Source: Raillietiella orientalis
Lineage: Eukaryota
Assembly: GCA_036172245.1 (NCBI GenBank)
Contig: JAYWIR010000014.1
Coordinates: forward strand, 3,100,001-3,164,000
Direction of reading: 5' to 3'
Length of the DNA: 64,000 nt
Positions 25,421 to 38,200 of the stretch are shown here, one piece after another (the first letter of the stretch is position 1; each line of letters starts with the position of its first letter). The position numbers and the translations under genes are program-made. The notes beneath the pieces were generated by a model that was given only the letters and a program-made list of their open reading frames with translations, was not told where the DNA came from and made no database searches.

Positions 25421-27061
25421 GAGACGTAGGGAAGACAGCCGCCTACCGTCTCCCTCTTATCCCGGAAAACTGGTTGGTTCTCTGCTTTCTCCTTCGAGGA
25501 CGGTCCACCTCGAGGGGCCGACCAGCAGTCGGTCCCATCCCTCCCTTCCTCTCGTAGAGTCTTCCGACCTGGGAATCAACAGGAGAGATCCAGAGTGATC
25601 TCAAGTGTCCTCCGGAACACCCTCCATCCGCTCTTTGCGCTCCACTCCAGAGGAATCGAAGGGATGGTGGAGGTGAGGGGGAAGGAGGAAGAGTTCGGCC
25701 GGAGGTAGGGAGGGAGAGATGGCAGGGAGGAGGAAGCATCAAGCAGCAGTCTTCGGTGGGAGGGGGAGCGCTGCGCTTGTCGCCCCCTTCGCGTGGGATT
25801 CCTCAAGGAAAGGGGGGCACGCGCTCCGGCAGCATCCATCCCTTCCTTCCGCTCCCTTCCCTTGCAGGGAGCTGCTGGTGGCTGCGCGAGCACCCGCGGA
25901 CTGCCCTCGCAGGGGCACCGCAGGGGTGGCAGAAGGGGAGTTTCGGATGCCCGCCTCCTTCTCTTTCTTTTCCTTCTTCGCGGACCGGACGCGCGCAGCT
26001 CCCGCGGGTGCTGGAGCTGCGGGAGTTCGTCTCCCCGCTCCCTCCTGCCGCTCAACCCGGCGGCGCCCTCGGTGACCGCACTCGGCCACCCGTGCTTCCA
26101 CCCGCTGGCCTGCAGAAGGCCATCGGGAGCGGCCCGCGACCTCTGCGAACTTTCCCTTCCCCCGCTCAGCGCCCGTCTGCCTCCTCCCTTTCTCCCCTCG
26201 AGACCCGTTGCGGTGCACGCGCACGCGTCATCTTCGCGGTTCCGCACGTGTGGCGAGCGCGCGATGTTTTGGGGGAGTTCGCTAGGCGGGCTGCTCCTCA
26301 GGGCTGGCCGCTCCAGGAGGAAGGCAAGAGGGAGCACGCACGAGCGTGCAACCCGGCGGTGCTCCGACTGTTCGGTAGGAGGGAGGAAGAGAGGCCACCG
26401 TCTCTCCCTCAGCACCGCTGCTGCGCGCGCGCGCGCGCTTGCGTCCGCGGTCCGCGTGCGGCGGCGACAGCAGCGCGCAGCCGTTCTGCGCAGCTCCTGT
26501 CCGCGAATGCGCGGTTGTTGTTTTTTTCCTTTCCCTCCAGAGGGCGCAGCAGCCGTTCGAAGTCTGGCTACCCGAAGGCAGGCAGGCACTGGAGGAGAGA
26601 GAGCAGACGGAGGGAGGGTGTGCGTGTGATGCTCTGGCGCTGCCGATCGAGGGGCCTCATCAACGCGTTTGAGGATGAGCTCTCGGGAGGTTTCTCTCCC
26701 TCTCCGACTTTCCTCGACACGTTTCTCCCCCCCCCCCTCCTCTTCCCCTCCCCTTCTTTTCCGCTCTTCCCCACATCGCTCAGGGTCTCCCGTCTCCTTC
26801 CCTTCCCCCTTCGACGCGGCATATGTAAATTCCGCATTCGGGATCAGGGAGAGAGGTTTTCCGTAATTGCCCCAATCAGACGAATCATTAAGTGGAACGA
26901 CCACGCACTTTGCCATTATAACGTCAGGTGACGTCACGAGCCGATCGATGCACGTCAAGAGAGGCCGGAAGCAGGTGCTTTATTCTCGTGTCGCCATGTT
27001 GCGTGGAAGAACGAAGCGAGAGACGGTGGGGAGGGGGGAACAGGAAAAAGGAAGCAAGGAA

Positions 27062-27078
27062 ATATATATATATATATA
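27062..27078. repeat. (AT)n microsatellite
   Basis: Direct read. Confidence 0.9.
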
Positions 27079-27389
27079 AAAAAAGGAGAAAAATGATAAC
27101 AATGATGATGGCAAAGAAGGAGAGAAAGAGAAGGGATTCCCTTTTCTCCAGCTAGGCGGCCTCTTATAGGATCATGAGAGTTCAAGGAGCGATCTCCTGA
27201 GAAGACTGCTGATCTCGGGCTGTTGGATGGGCCGGCGAAGTACTGCTTCTGTCAAAGGAAGGGAACGGAGGCGGTCATCATCGAGATCCCCCCTTCCTCT
27301 TCCTCTACCTCGATTCGTCCCCCCTTCCTCATCCGACACCAACCCGCCGCTTGCATCCCATCACGCCCGGCTGGATGCAGACGGCGAGG

Positions 27390-29520
27390 ATGTCACGGAC
27401 CTGGGAGATCCGCAGATCATCAATCGTCTTCTTCTGGAGCCGGACGGCAAGGCGGCAGCGGAGGAAGGGGCGAGAGGGGAGCTTCGGAAGTGACCCTCGA
27501 GTCCTCCTGGAAATGGTGTGGCGCACCCTCTGCGCGCCTCTCCCAGAGATCACGCAGCTTCCTTTGGCAGTTTCCCCCCACAGGTGTCCTCCTTGGAACG
27601 GACAGGTGCATCTTTCACTGCTCCTGCTGCTGTGAAGGAAGTTAGGAGGAAGTCCTGCGCCCTTCTTGCGACCGCTTGGTCGGGCAGAAACAAACTAAAA
27701 AAGAAGGGAGGGGGGAGAGGGAAAGCACTGCCACCGCTGGCTCGTTTCCGAAGGCAGGTGGTCCGTGGGGTGCTCTCGCTCGCCTCTTCCTTTTTTCTCC
27801 CCACCCCTTCTACCTTCTGGGAGTTCCTCCGTGACCCCTGAGAGGAGCGCGGGGCGAGTGACCGCCGTCCTCCCGCGTTCGGTTGGTTCCCCGTTCCAGG
27901 GATGGTTGCAGGCGCTCCTCCTCCCGTCTCTCCTCCTCCCTGTCTGAAAGGACTGCCGCCGCCGAGGCCGCGTCTGCTTGGCAGCCTCCGTGGCGGGTGA
28001 AGCCCTCCGGCGTCGTCCCCAATGCTGCCGCTTTCGTCTCGCAGCCAAAGGACCGCCGCCAAAGAGCTCCTCCTGAGGAGCTCGCTGTGCGCCCGCTCGC
28101 TTCCCGAGTCCCGAAGCCTCCCTCCCTCTGCGTCGCTCTGCCTTCGCTCGTGGGACTCCAGGACGAAGTGCACGGTCAGAGAGGGATCAGATTGTTGCGT
28201 GTGCGGGGCGAGGATCGGGATGCTCAGTTCTGCCTGCTCCGCACGTGGTCGCCGTCAGGGCCTCTTGGTGACGACCCGCATGGGACACACCCGGCAAGCC
28301 CGTGTAGATCCAGAGAGAGGGTGAGGTCGGAGAGGAAGTCGCAGACGCGAGCGATCTCGACGAGCTGCTTCGGTTTGCTGCAGTCACCCGGGGTCCGCGG
28401 ACCGGCGTCCTCTTCTCTCGTCCTGAGTGGACTCCTCCGGCAGTCCTCGAAAGGCCGGCACTTCTCTCGTTCCTTTGGCTGCCTTCTTCACCCCGCTTCC
28501 TCCCTCCTGGTTCTCGTCACACAGAAGGAAGGGGGGATGGAGAAGGAAACAGAACACAGCTCCCTGACTCGAGGCCAGTTTTTAGTCGGGAAGGTGTGGA
28601 GTCTTGCCAAGAAGGGCAGGAAGGAAGAGGGGAGCGGGCGCTTTCATTCCCCTCGGCTGCTCCCGCGGGGTTCTTGGGCACACGGGCAGCGTGGTGGACT
28701 TCCCCTCCTCTCCCTTCCCCCATGGTGCTCCCACTCTGTTCCCTCCTCGTTCGGATATCAAGGAGACGGCTGTTGCTAAGGCGGCGGCACCACCCCCAGC
28801 ACGCATCGAACCCGAAGAGGGGACAGACGGGAAACCTCAAGCACCTCTAGCTCGCGCGCTTTCGGGACCCCCTGACTGTGACCTCGTGTCCGCTTGCTTG
28901 GACGCTGTAATGCGGCGGCACAAGGGGAAAGGGAGGAAGGATCCGCCTTCCCGAGGGAAAGAGAAACTCTTCCGGGAGCTCCTCTGACCTCTCCTCTTCC
29001 GTGGGGTGGCCGCTGAGGGAGGGTGTCGTGGGGATCTCACTTGCGTCCCAAAGCTTTTCCGCGCTGGTCATCCTGCCTTCTCCGAGGGTCTTCTTCCCCT
29101 TGGGATCTCATGCAGGGGATGGCCAGCTCCACTTTTTCTTTCCTTCCTCCTCCCCTCGGTGGGTAGTGCTCCCTTCACTTGCAATCCTTCCGTGCCGGAG
29201 GGATCCGCGCAGGGAGAATCCTTCCCGATGGGAGAGGGAAGGGAGCGCCCAGATTCTCCTGGAGAACGTTTGGCTCCTTCCCCAGAAGGAGGAAGAAAGG
29301 GGAGGGAGAGGAGGGAAAGGCCATCCGCCATCTTCGCGCATCAGCTGGCTTTCGATGGCCGCTTCTCCCCTTCCTCACCGAGGAACCGTGAGATCAGAGA
29401 TGCCCATAGGTGGAGGTGGGGGCCACGGGAAGTCGTTGTCTCCCTTCCCTCTCCTGCCCGGGAAGGAGGCACAGCGGTTCCGAATCGGGGAGAACCCGCT
29501 TTTCGCTGGGAAGGCTTGGT
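27390..29520 (+). mobile_element. Fossil LINE RT and C-terminal region
   Basis: NRLLLEPDGKAA, PRVLLE..LCAPLPEI, GSFP, AAFVSQPK..RAPPEEL, TKCTVR, RGRRQG (GVRQG), RFRIGENPL. Confidence 0.5.
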
Positions 29521-30629
29521 TGTACCTCTACTCCGTCCACAGTGCCGTCCGCTTGTTCCTTTCTTTCTTCCGGGAGAGGAAAGGGAATGGCCAGAAGGGC
29601 GCGGCCTTAACGGCGCTGGCGCCGTCGTCTCTTCCCCTTCCCCCTCTCCTTTCCCGCTTTCTCCTTCCCTTGCGGTGCAGCGACGGGTAGGGAGAGGAAG
29701 GCCGGGACGTATCGTCCGGTGGAACCGCGGTGGCGTTTCCGGATGGCAACTTTTTCCGTAGCTTCCCTCCTCTCCGGCGCTTCCCGCGGCTGGTCGGAAG
29801 AGTGGGGACGGGGTGGAGATAGAGTCCCACGGCTCGCGGGCCGCATTCCCGGGCGCTTCGTCGCTCCTCGCTGGCGCCCGAGGAGGAGCGTGAGGAGCCG
29901 TCCCCCCCTTTCCCGCTGCTGCGCGCTTCGTCCTCCCGCGAAGGAGCGACCGAGTCTCTCCTGCTCTCATCGCCTGGCGTCACGTCGAGCGTTCCACCAT
30001 GCCTTTATTTATCTTCATCCCCTTTTTTTCTTTTTCTTTTTTTTCTTCTTCCCGGGTTTTTCCCGGGCCCGGAGACTTGACGCGGGAATTGGCAATTACA
30101 CAGGGAAGGCGCGCAGCATCAGGACCGTCGCTCTTCCCGGGGAACTAACAGCGTTTTTCTCATCCAGACAGCACGAGCATCGGTAAATTTGTTTTCGTCT
30201 ACTTCTTCCGGGAAGGGGGGGGAGGAGAGAGGAGGGGAGGGGAGGAGTCTACGGGAGCCGATTGGGCAGCGCAAATTTGATTTCCTGAACACTCCCGAAT
30301 TCGCTCTTCGAGGGGACTTCGCCCGCGGATGGATCGATATTTTCTGAGAGCTCCACTCCTTCTCGCCTTCCCTTCTCTCCCCTCCTCCTCTACCCCTCTC
30401 GAACGCTCCTGGATCTTCCTCCCTCGACCCGTCCCTCCTGGACGACCTGCGATGCGCGCGAGTTCTCCGACGCGAGCGCGGAGTCTCTCCCCCCCTCCTC
30501 CTTCGCCTCCCATGTCCCGACCCGAACGCGGCAGCCGTCGAGAGGGCTCCCATCGGAAATTCCCTCTCCCCACTCCCTCTCCTTCTCCATTCCCCTTCCC
30601 TTCCCTTCTTCCCGCCACCGCCAGGGATC

Positions 30630-31100
30630 TTGTCAGGTGCTCCGCGGTAAGTAGGTCCGGGAAGACTCGCAGGCGCCTCTATCGAGCCAACCCCTGTCGA
30701 TCTTTCCGGAAACCGAAAACCTGCCGTCCGGGAAGACCGGCTAAGAATGCTGGATCAGCGCCACTTTTCCTCCGCCTCTCTCCCTTTCGTCCGCGTGACC
30801 CGTAAGATAAACGCGGCAGGGGACGCGCAGGAGGCGCGTCGGGTTGCTTTAGGGAGAATCCCGGCGACGTCTCCATGACAACAAGGAAGCACGCGTCCCA
30901 GTTGACCATGAGGGAAGAAAGGAGGCGCGTGCAGCGCTCTCTCGCAGGAGTTCGAGTCGAATCCGGGTCTTGGGAGGGAGAGACCCAGAGCGTCCTTTTC
31001 TTGAAGGAGAGGGTGGGGATGGGAGCTGAGGTTCGTCCCGGGATCAGGACGCAAAAGAAGAGGGGTTTCTTTCAAGAGGGCGGCAGTAGCAGCGTTCAGG
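30630..31100 (-). mobile_element. Fossil Ty3/Gypsy RNase H fragment
   Basis: LKETPLLLRPDP, ALGLSL, PPFF, AEHLTR (ADxLSR). Confidence 0.45.
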
Positions 31101-32099
31101 AGACACCGTGCCCGGGGCACAGTGGCAGCGGCGCCGTCGCGCGCCCTTCCTCCATTCGCCGGTGGCTCGGACCATCCTCAAGGATCCCTCCCGTGCCCCC
31201 CTACTCTTCCTTCCTTCTCCCAAGACGTACAGTCTCCTCCCTCGCAGGGCGGGAACGTCCAGGAGGCTCCTTCGCGGGAAGAGGTGGCAGGGGAGGAAAA
31301 TCGATAAATCAGGCGTCAAGTGTTGAGGCCGCCGCGAGAGGCGCTCCCGGTTTGCCGTTAATTAATGGAGTGGTTATGAGCGTCGCTCTCGGCCTTCCCG
31401 TGATGGATCCGAGGGGATCAAGGGAAAGAGGGAGGGGCGACGACTTCCCCTAGTGGCAAAGGCCCGTCCTGGAAATCGTCAATCCGGCGATTCCCCCCTC
31501 CTTCCCCTTTCCTCCCTTCTTTTCCTCCCCCTCCCCCCTCCCCCTCTTTCCCCTCGCGCGTGCGATCAGCGACTCGTTATCTCTCCGTCGCAGCGTCGTC
31601 GACAGCCGCCGCTCCCGACGGAAGGAAGCGGGAAATGACGCGGAAGCGTCCGGAGGGAAGCGGGAGGAGACTGTTCCTTTATCCCGGAGGCGGCGTCGGC
31701 GATCGCGCTCCCGCTGTTTCCCAAATCGGGAAAACAGAGGGTACTGTTTGGCCGAGGGACGGCGGAGAGAGGGGGGGGGGGATGGAAGAAAAGATAGGGA
31801 GAGGAATGTGCAAATCGGGAGATCCCGTGGCGGCAGCCGCTCTTGTTCAAGGGCACTGGAGGAATTGGAGGGAGTCCCCGGAGGCCATGAGCGCGTCGGT
31901 GCGCGCACACCCGTCTCCGCCATGCGCGGCTCCATAGGGCTGTACGCGCCAGCAGGCGTCCGGTGCACTCTGCGAGAGCTCAGAGGTGGGGGAGGGGGTG
32001 AAGAGGGGAGAAACCCGTAGAGGCGGTAGAAAGTTCTGCGGACAGGGAGAGGTAGGAGAAGTACCCCGCAGAGGTCGCGGACCGGAAGCAGGAAGATGG

Positions 32100-32800
32100 A
32101 AGCACATATTCGAGAGAGAGAGGCAGACAGAGAGGAAGAGGGACCGAGATTGCTCGGAGGCGACGGAGACGAGGGTAGCACGAGGGACGAGGGAGGAGCC
32201 CTCCCTACCCCACAACGCCCCCTTTCCTCTTTCTTTCCTGTCTGCTCGGCGGGAGCTGGGCCGCAACACCTTCCGGGAGACGCTTGGAAGGATGTGAAGC
32301 ACTTCCCGGAGACACCATCCTGAGTCCCTTGTGGGGGGGGGGAGGGGAGCTGGTGTTTCCAGACCACTAACCCCGACCTTGAGGGGGAAGGGGCTCCAGA
32401 GTTCTCTTTCGAAGATGACCGTTTTCTGGAACCGGACGAACACCGCAGCCTGACCGTTGACCAGTGTATCCGGCACGAGCAGGAGAGGGGTCACGCGCGC
32501 CCGACGAACCTTCGCTCCGTGCGCTTGCCTCCCCTGTGACGCGCTCCCTGGCGCTCCCAAGGTCACTCATGAACCGTGCAGAGAGCGGGTCGGCCGTGAC
32601 GCGGATCAGATCTGTCCTTGAGCTGCCGATCCCAGCTCTCCCTCGAAACTCCCCGCTCCGATTCATTCCTGTTTCTTCCCGAAGAAAAGCAGTACGCCCT
32701 CCCCCGGACTCCCTCCTTCGCCCCACAGGGCTGCCACACACCCCAAATAGCCGTCGAAGCTTTCGGCGCTTCGAGCCCCCCAAAGGCATCCTGGATCTTG
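32100..32800 (-). mobile_element. Fossil LINE RT core
   Basis: LRRLFGVC, EFRG (NYRG), LIRVTADPL, AVFVRFQKTV..KVGVSG (AVFVDFxKAF..GVxG), SVSRKVLRP. Confidence 0.6.
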
Positions 32801-33329
32801 CTGCTCTCCCGGACCCCTGCGAGCCCCCAAAGGAAGCAGAGGATGCCCGGCGGCTCGGCTGCATCGGCTCGCGGCAGCGCCGAGCTGCCTGCCGCACATC
32901 CGGGCGCCGGTAGGTGTGAGGACACGCGGCGATGTGCCATCCATACGGCGGCGCCTGGAGGCCGGAGGGCATGAAGGACGGCGGTGTTGGGCACGGAGTG
33001 GATGGTGCGACGGCACGTAGCGCCGGAGGGCCGCCTCACCAGCTCGGAGCCTGGCGAGTGCGTGCCGCAAAGCGCATCGGGTGAGAAGCAACAGCCATGG
33101 GCAAAAGAAGTGCTACAGCCTCCTCTGCCCGGATCGGATCACCGGCCGTCCCCCTCCTGTTTGAAAGGAGCCGCCGGACGGACCCAAGGTCAAAGCGCGT
33201 CTCATTATCCCGCGAAACGAAAGTACTAAATCATCATCTGCCGCGTTCGACCCCAGAGCTCGCTTCCGTCCCCATGACGGATTGCCCTAGCTGTTGCCCG
33301 GATGCATCTTCCGACGCGCCCGCTGATAT

Positions 33330-33900
33330 GACGGCTCATCTCGTCGCAAGCCGGGACCAATTTTCGCGAGGGACGCGAGGGAGAGGAAGGGACGCGCGCG
33401 CGCATGCGAGCTGATTGATGCCTCGAGCGTGCGTGCGGACTGCCTGGCGAGATGGCGCTCCCGATTCGGCGGAAGTGAGGAAACAGAGGACAGCGTCAGC
33501 CACCGCGCCTGCCTGCCGACTGCACGTGCGCGCGCGCGGGCGCGCCTCCTGCCTGTCCCGAGTGCGCGCGCTGCACCAACGGAGGGAAGGGAGGGGGAGT
33601 GAGCGTGAGTAGGGAGGATGGTAGTGGGAAAGGAGGAGGAGGAACACTTGGCTTTCAAGAGGCTTTCCGGCCGGCTCCGGCCTTCGCAAGATTTGTAGGC
33701 GGGAAGCGGCGTCAGGACCACCCGCCCCTTCCAGCCGCACCGCAAACTGCGGTCGAGAAGACCCGTCGGTGAGAAGATAGGAAAGATCGCAATCTGCGGG
33801 TTTGGAACGTGATCAGTGGGCAAGGGCGGATCACGCGGAAGGCGCGTTTGCCGTGCAAATCTCGGAGCTTCCCCCTGAGGGAGGAAGAAATGTGCGGACA
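33330..33900 (-). mobile_element. Fossil LINE RT N-terminal part
   Basis: KLRDLHGKRA, GWKGRVVLTPLP, RSRPESLL (YRPISLL), SLAKI. Confidence 0.55.
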
Positions 33901-34539
33901 GGTGGGGGTGGGTGGGGTTGCAGGCAAAGAGCGCTGGCAGTCAGAAGCCGCGACGGCCGGTCGGCTGCACGTAAGACCGAGGAGGAAAAGGAGGAAGGGG
34001 GGGATCTCAGCGAAACTCGCGTCGCAGTCTCTCTCCTCACCATTTCATCCTGTTCTCCACGATGGAAAGGAAAGGGGGATGATATGAAGAATGGTCCAGA
34101 AGGAAGAGAAGCGCACTGCTCTCTCTAGAAAGCAAGAAACGTGACCGGGGCCCCCGTGGGAAAGCGAGTTTTCCTGTAAACACGTTTCCATGCAAACCAG
34201 GTCGCGTCTCGTTCTCTTCCTCCTCCCCTCGCTGTTTTCCCTCGAGCCCAGCAGCCGAGATTCTGTAGTGCTTGAGAGGAAAGGACCTCCTGGAGATCGG
34301 GAGCTCCTTCTGGACTACTCCAGCTCTTTCTGGAGACCTTTATCCAGAGTTCACCCATCCTTTGGTCAGCGCGGCCTTCCTTTCCACCCCGGCTGCCTTT
34401 CCTCTTTTGTTCCTTCTGCCGTTGTTGTTGTTGTTCCACTTCGAGACATCGAGCCGCACGAGGCGGCATGCTGCCTCGGGCTCTCTCACCCACTCTGACC
34501 TCTCTTTGAGTTGCGGTCGTCGTCTCGCGGAAGCTGGAA

Positions 34540-35580
34540 ATCCTCCCGTCTCGTTCCACGGGGTTCTCTCGCCGTGTCACCCAGAGCGGTCCGGCGACGG
34601 GTTCGGCCGTCCTCGTGTGCGCGCACGGATCCGCGCGATTCCAGCGCGGCAGCAGCAGAGCAGCACGAACGTTGCCGCCTGCCGGGAGATGGGCTCGCTG
34701 CGGCTCCTTGAGCTCTCAGCCGAGCGCGTGCTGAATCTCGAAGCTGGCGTGCCGTCGACGAGGAAGCCGCTGCCTCTGCTTCCCTTTCTTTTGCTTCCTC
34801 CTCCCCCCCCCTCAACCTCCTTCCTCCCGGAGAGCGCGACACAGCGCGACCGCGTTTTTGCATCCGAGGATCCGCGCGCCGCTTGCATCGCGGGCCCGTT
34901 TAATCTAATGAAGAGCTTTCGAGAGGTTGCGCTGCAACTATTTTGCGTCTCGTGTCGGCAAGGAGCCGCTCGGATTAACCCTGCCTACCTCGGCTCCACG
35001 GATGCCAGCTGATCTTTGACACGCATCTGGCGGAAGCAGATCATGAGCTCAGAGATCTGCCGCGGAGGAAACGGGGAGAGCTCTTTTTTGTCCGGGAAGG
35101 AAAAATCACATCTGCCTCTCTCCCGAGACGCGCTCAAGGGAATCTCCGGGGCGCCTTGGAGGGGTCTCAGCACCCTGCGCGCCATTTCGGAAGGATTCGT
35201 GCCGCGAGCATTTGCAGCACGGAATCCACCCGAAAATCCTCCGGCGAGCATCCTACTCCTAGACTTCGGATCTGGGATGAAGCGGACGGCCCGGAAGCTC
35301 AGGCAAGGCTTATCCCCTTCTGCGACGAGCTTGGTCACCACGGAAGGGCGTCCGACGCTGTTTGGGAATCACGGTCCGCCCTCCCCGGAGTGACTGAAAC
35401 CGCCCGGGATGGCCTGGGGAGTCGCTCCCTCCGGATTCTGGGCAAGTCCGTCCATTCACTACGAGCATGGGCTGCAGAGAGTTTGGCAAGAGAGGTGAGC
35501 GTGAAGGACCCTCGGTGGACCACGGCGGTGGCAGCGACGGAGATCTGCAGATGGAAGCAGGGATGCCAACGGACCCCGAG
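34540..35580 (+). mobile_element. Fossil RTE-like LINE, RT end to C-terminus
   Basis: GVLSP, YLGST, SEICR, APWRGLSTL, LLDFGS, RKLR, LGITVR, DPRWTTAV. Confidence 0.65.
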
Positions 35581-36419
35581 GAACCTCGGTGCTTCGGGCG
35601 CTGCAAGTGGTGCTCTCGAGTGCCCTCGGCAGACGGGAGAACCCGTTGGGGCGAGCCTCATGTTCAGGATGGAAGAAAACTCTTGGCTTCTTTCTTGGGG
35701 AGTCTGCAGAGGTTCGCTTCGCCTCTTCCCTGGGGCGGATGCTCACCAGATGGATGCTGCTCCCGAGCTCGGTCTCGATGCTCTCCCACCGACCGTCCAC
35801 GCTTCGTTCGAGCTCACCGGGTGCCGTTTCACGAGGCGGGATTCCTGGAGGTCTCCGGGTGTGAAAATGGTTCGCCAAACACTCGGCTTGTGTCTCTGAA
35901 CAGCGCTCTAAGTGAGAACCGGCCGCAGCATCCCGTTGCGGCCATCACCTTTTCGGGAAAGCCTCTGCCGCACAGGTTAAAAAAAAAAAAGGGGGAGGGG
36001 GGAACCCACCGTGGATCCGGTCAGGTCTACTCCTCCTCTCCTGAAACCGACATTGGAGGCGTATTCCACCCCTCGAGAGTCTCGCGAGCGTTCCAGTCTT
36101 CTCCCAAATCTGCATGGAGTCGTGGGTGGGATGCGCACTGGTCCCAAATTGCGCGGATTCTTTCCTGGATCCACTCTTGCGTGCGCGCCCCCCTCCCCCG
36201 ACAGTAACGGGAAGAGATTCCCGGACGCGGAGGCGGCGCGCGGCGGCGCTGCAAACCTGGTCTCCGGGACGGGGCTCCGCTTCCCGTGAACTTTCGGACT
36301 TGTCTCGCCCGATGGCCCCTCATTGTTGGGAAAACCCGCGTCGTTCCTGGCGGAACGTTCTGATTGGGAGATGGATGGCGAGCTCGGATGAAAAGGAAAA
36401 GTCATCCGATTCAATCCGA

Positions 36420-37080
36420 TAAAGAAGGCGCATTGAAATTCTAACTGTTTCCGGTTATCTCGCCATCTACAGATTCCACTCCATCATCATAGATTGTGTA
36501 TGTAATCGTACGTGATCATCAATCACAGCCGAACCTTCCGTCCGCGTAGAGGTCCTGGCAGATTTCGTCAGCGGGACTGCACGCTGCAGAGTAAATAAAG
36601 CCGCGAATTGAATTAGTCATCCCCTGTGCCCTCCTAATTGATCATTAATTAGTTGCTGAAAGCTCCGCGCGTGTCTTAAACTTTGATGCTGTCCATTACC
36701 AGGAAATGATTTCCCTAACCGGAGTTTTCAGCAGGAGGAGGCATTAGGCCTCCTGTCAGGAATTAAGGGGGTTGAAAAATCTCTCCTGCTGACGTCCCTC
36801 CCTCGTTTCAAATGCAATTCTTCCCGGTTGCTGCATTTTTTACTCCGTCCATTATAAAGAGAGGCATGGCGACGAGTTATTCATGGGGTGTTTACAGACG
36901 AGGTGGTTCTGGACTCACTCGCATTCCGCCTTGACTTCTTCTTAATGTCGAGTAGGGCTCCTCTTTTTTTTTTGTTTTGTTTTGCTTTTACTCCTAATCG
37001 ATACGGCCGTTGTCATAACGACGGCCATCCACGAAACTTACATCGAATTCCCGTGAAGCGTTCGCAAAGATGGCGTACGC
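36420..37080. promoter_or_regulatory. AT-richer non-repetitive block, candidate cis-regulatory element
   Basis: No retroelement motifs found; no predicted ORF in 36423-36887; clustered TAAT/ATTA including CTAATTGATCATTAATTAG at 36634-36652; TATAAAGA at 36853. Confidence 0.3.
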
Positions 37081-37099
37081 GAGGGGGTTGATGGGGAAC

Positions 37100-37350
37100 G
37101 ATTTGGAACCGGACCGAATCCCGGTCGAACGACGGGTGAGGAGATCCAGAAACTAAAGGGGGACGGCGACCAACGTGTGCAGCACGACTTCACCCACGTC
37201 GGAAGACCCGGCGCAGGTTCGCCCGGCTCCGCTCCCAGCACCGTAAAGCTGCACGACGGAACTTCGAAACAGGAGACGAAGGAACGAACTCCGGGAACTG
37301 CGGAGACCGGGATGTCGCCGCACGTCGCCGCGAAGCCGTCCGCAGACACC
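37100..37350 (-). mobile_element. Fossil LINE RT N-terminal fragment
   Basis: PAPGLPTWVKSCCTRWSPSPFSF resembles GPDGIPxxVLKxCxxxLxxPL. Confidence 0.4.
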
Positions 37351-37659
37351 GCTCTCTAGGCGATGACCCCGTCAGCGGCAGCCGGAAGGGTCTGATCAGC
37401 TGATCTGCGTTTGTGTAGGAGGGACCCAGGGATCGCGCGGGAACGTGCACGCACGTCCGTCTTTCACGGATGCAAGGATGCGAGTCAGATCAGGATGAAG
37501 GAAACCAACACACGCGACGCGGGAGAGCGGGAGGGAGAGAGAGATCGGTAGGGAGACAACGATCCGGAGGACACTCTCGTCCTGCCTCATCTTCTACCGA
37601 GGAAACCAGCATTTGCATCCCAAGAGGTCGGAGGAGACAATTTTGCGTGGGCCGCCTGG

Positions 37660-38200
37660 TCCTTCGGGAACGGGGTCACTTTCCCTGAAGCAGAAGACCA
37701 GGGCTCACCATCGTTGCCACAAGTGCCAGATGCGACTCTGCTCCTATGAAAATGGCTCTCAGGACGCGTCGTTGTGCGAATCGCTCTTCGGTTTCAGGGG
37801 ACGGGAGGGCACGAATTCCTGGAAACCCTTGAGAACGGCGCTGTCGACGCTCCCAAGGGAAGGGACAGCTTTAAGAGTCACTCGAAAAGCGGAACGGCCC
37901 CTCCTTCATTGCCCCCCCTTCCGACTGCCTCGCACATCCTCTTCGCGATCCTCTGCCCTATCTGTGAAAAGACCTCTGTCCCGGAAAAGCTTCAAGAGGG
38001 AGGCTCGTCCGAGCTTCGAGAGCTGATAACCTCGGAGCAACCGGAACGAAAGCGGCCTCCTGAAAAGAAAGGGATCCAGGATCTTCCTGGTCTCATCCCT
38101 CGATCCCAGCCAGCATCCGTCGTCGAAAGGGAGTGCGCGCGCCGAAACAGGTGCGTGAGCGGCTAGCTCACCCATCTATGCGGTGAGGGCCTCGCCCACA
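37660..38200 (+). mobile_element. Fossil RTE-like RT
   Basis: LCESLFGFRGREGT (LxExQFGFRxxxGT), SVPEKL, LTHLCGE (LFNLYxE). Confidence 0.65.

Noticed and set aside
25381..25500. Utopia or Keno (U2-targeting retrotransposon) insertion site
   Set aside because: The U2 piece itself is bracketed by a direct repeat; no element starts at the junction and no U2 3' half was found
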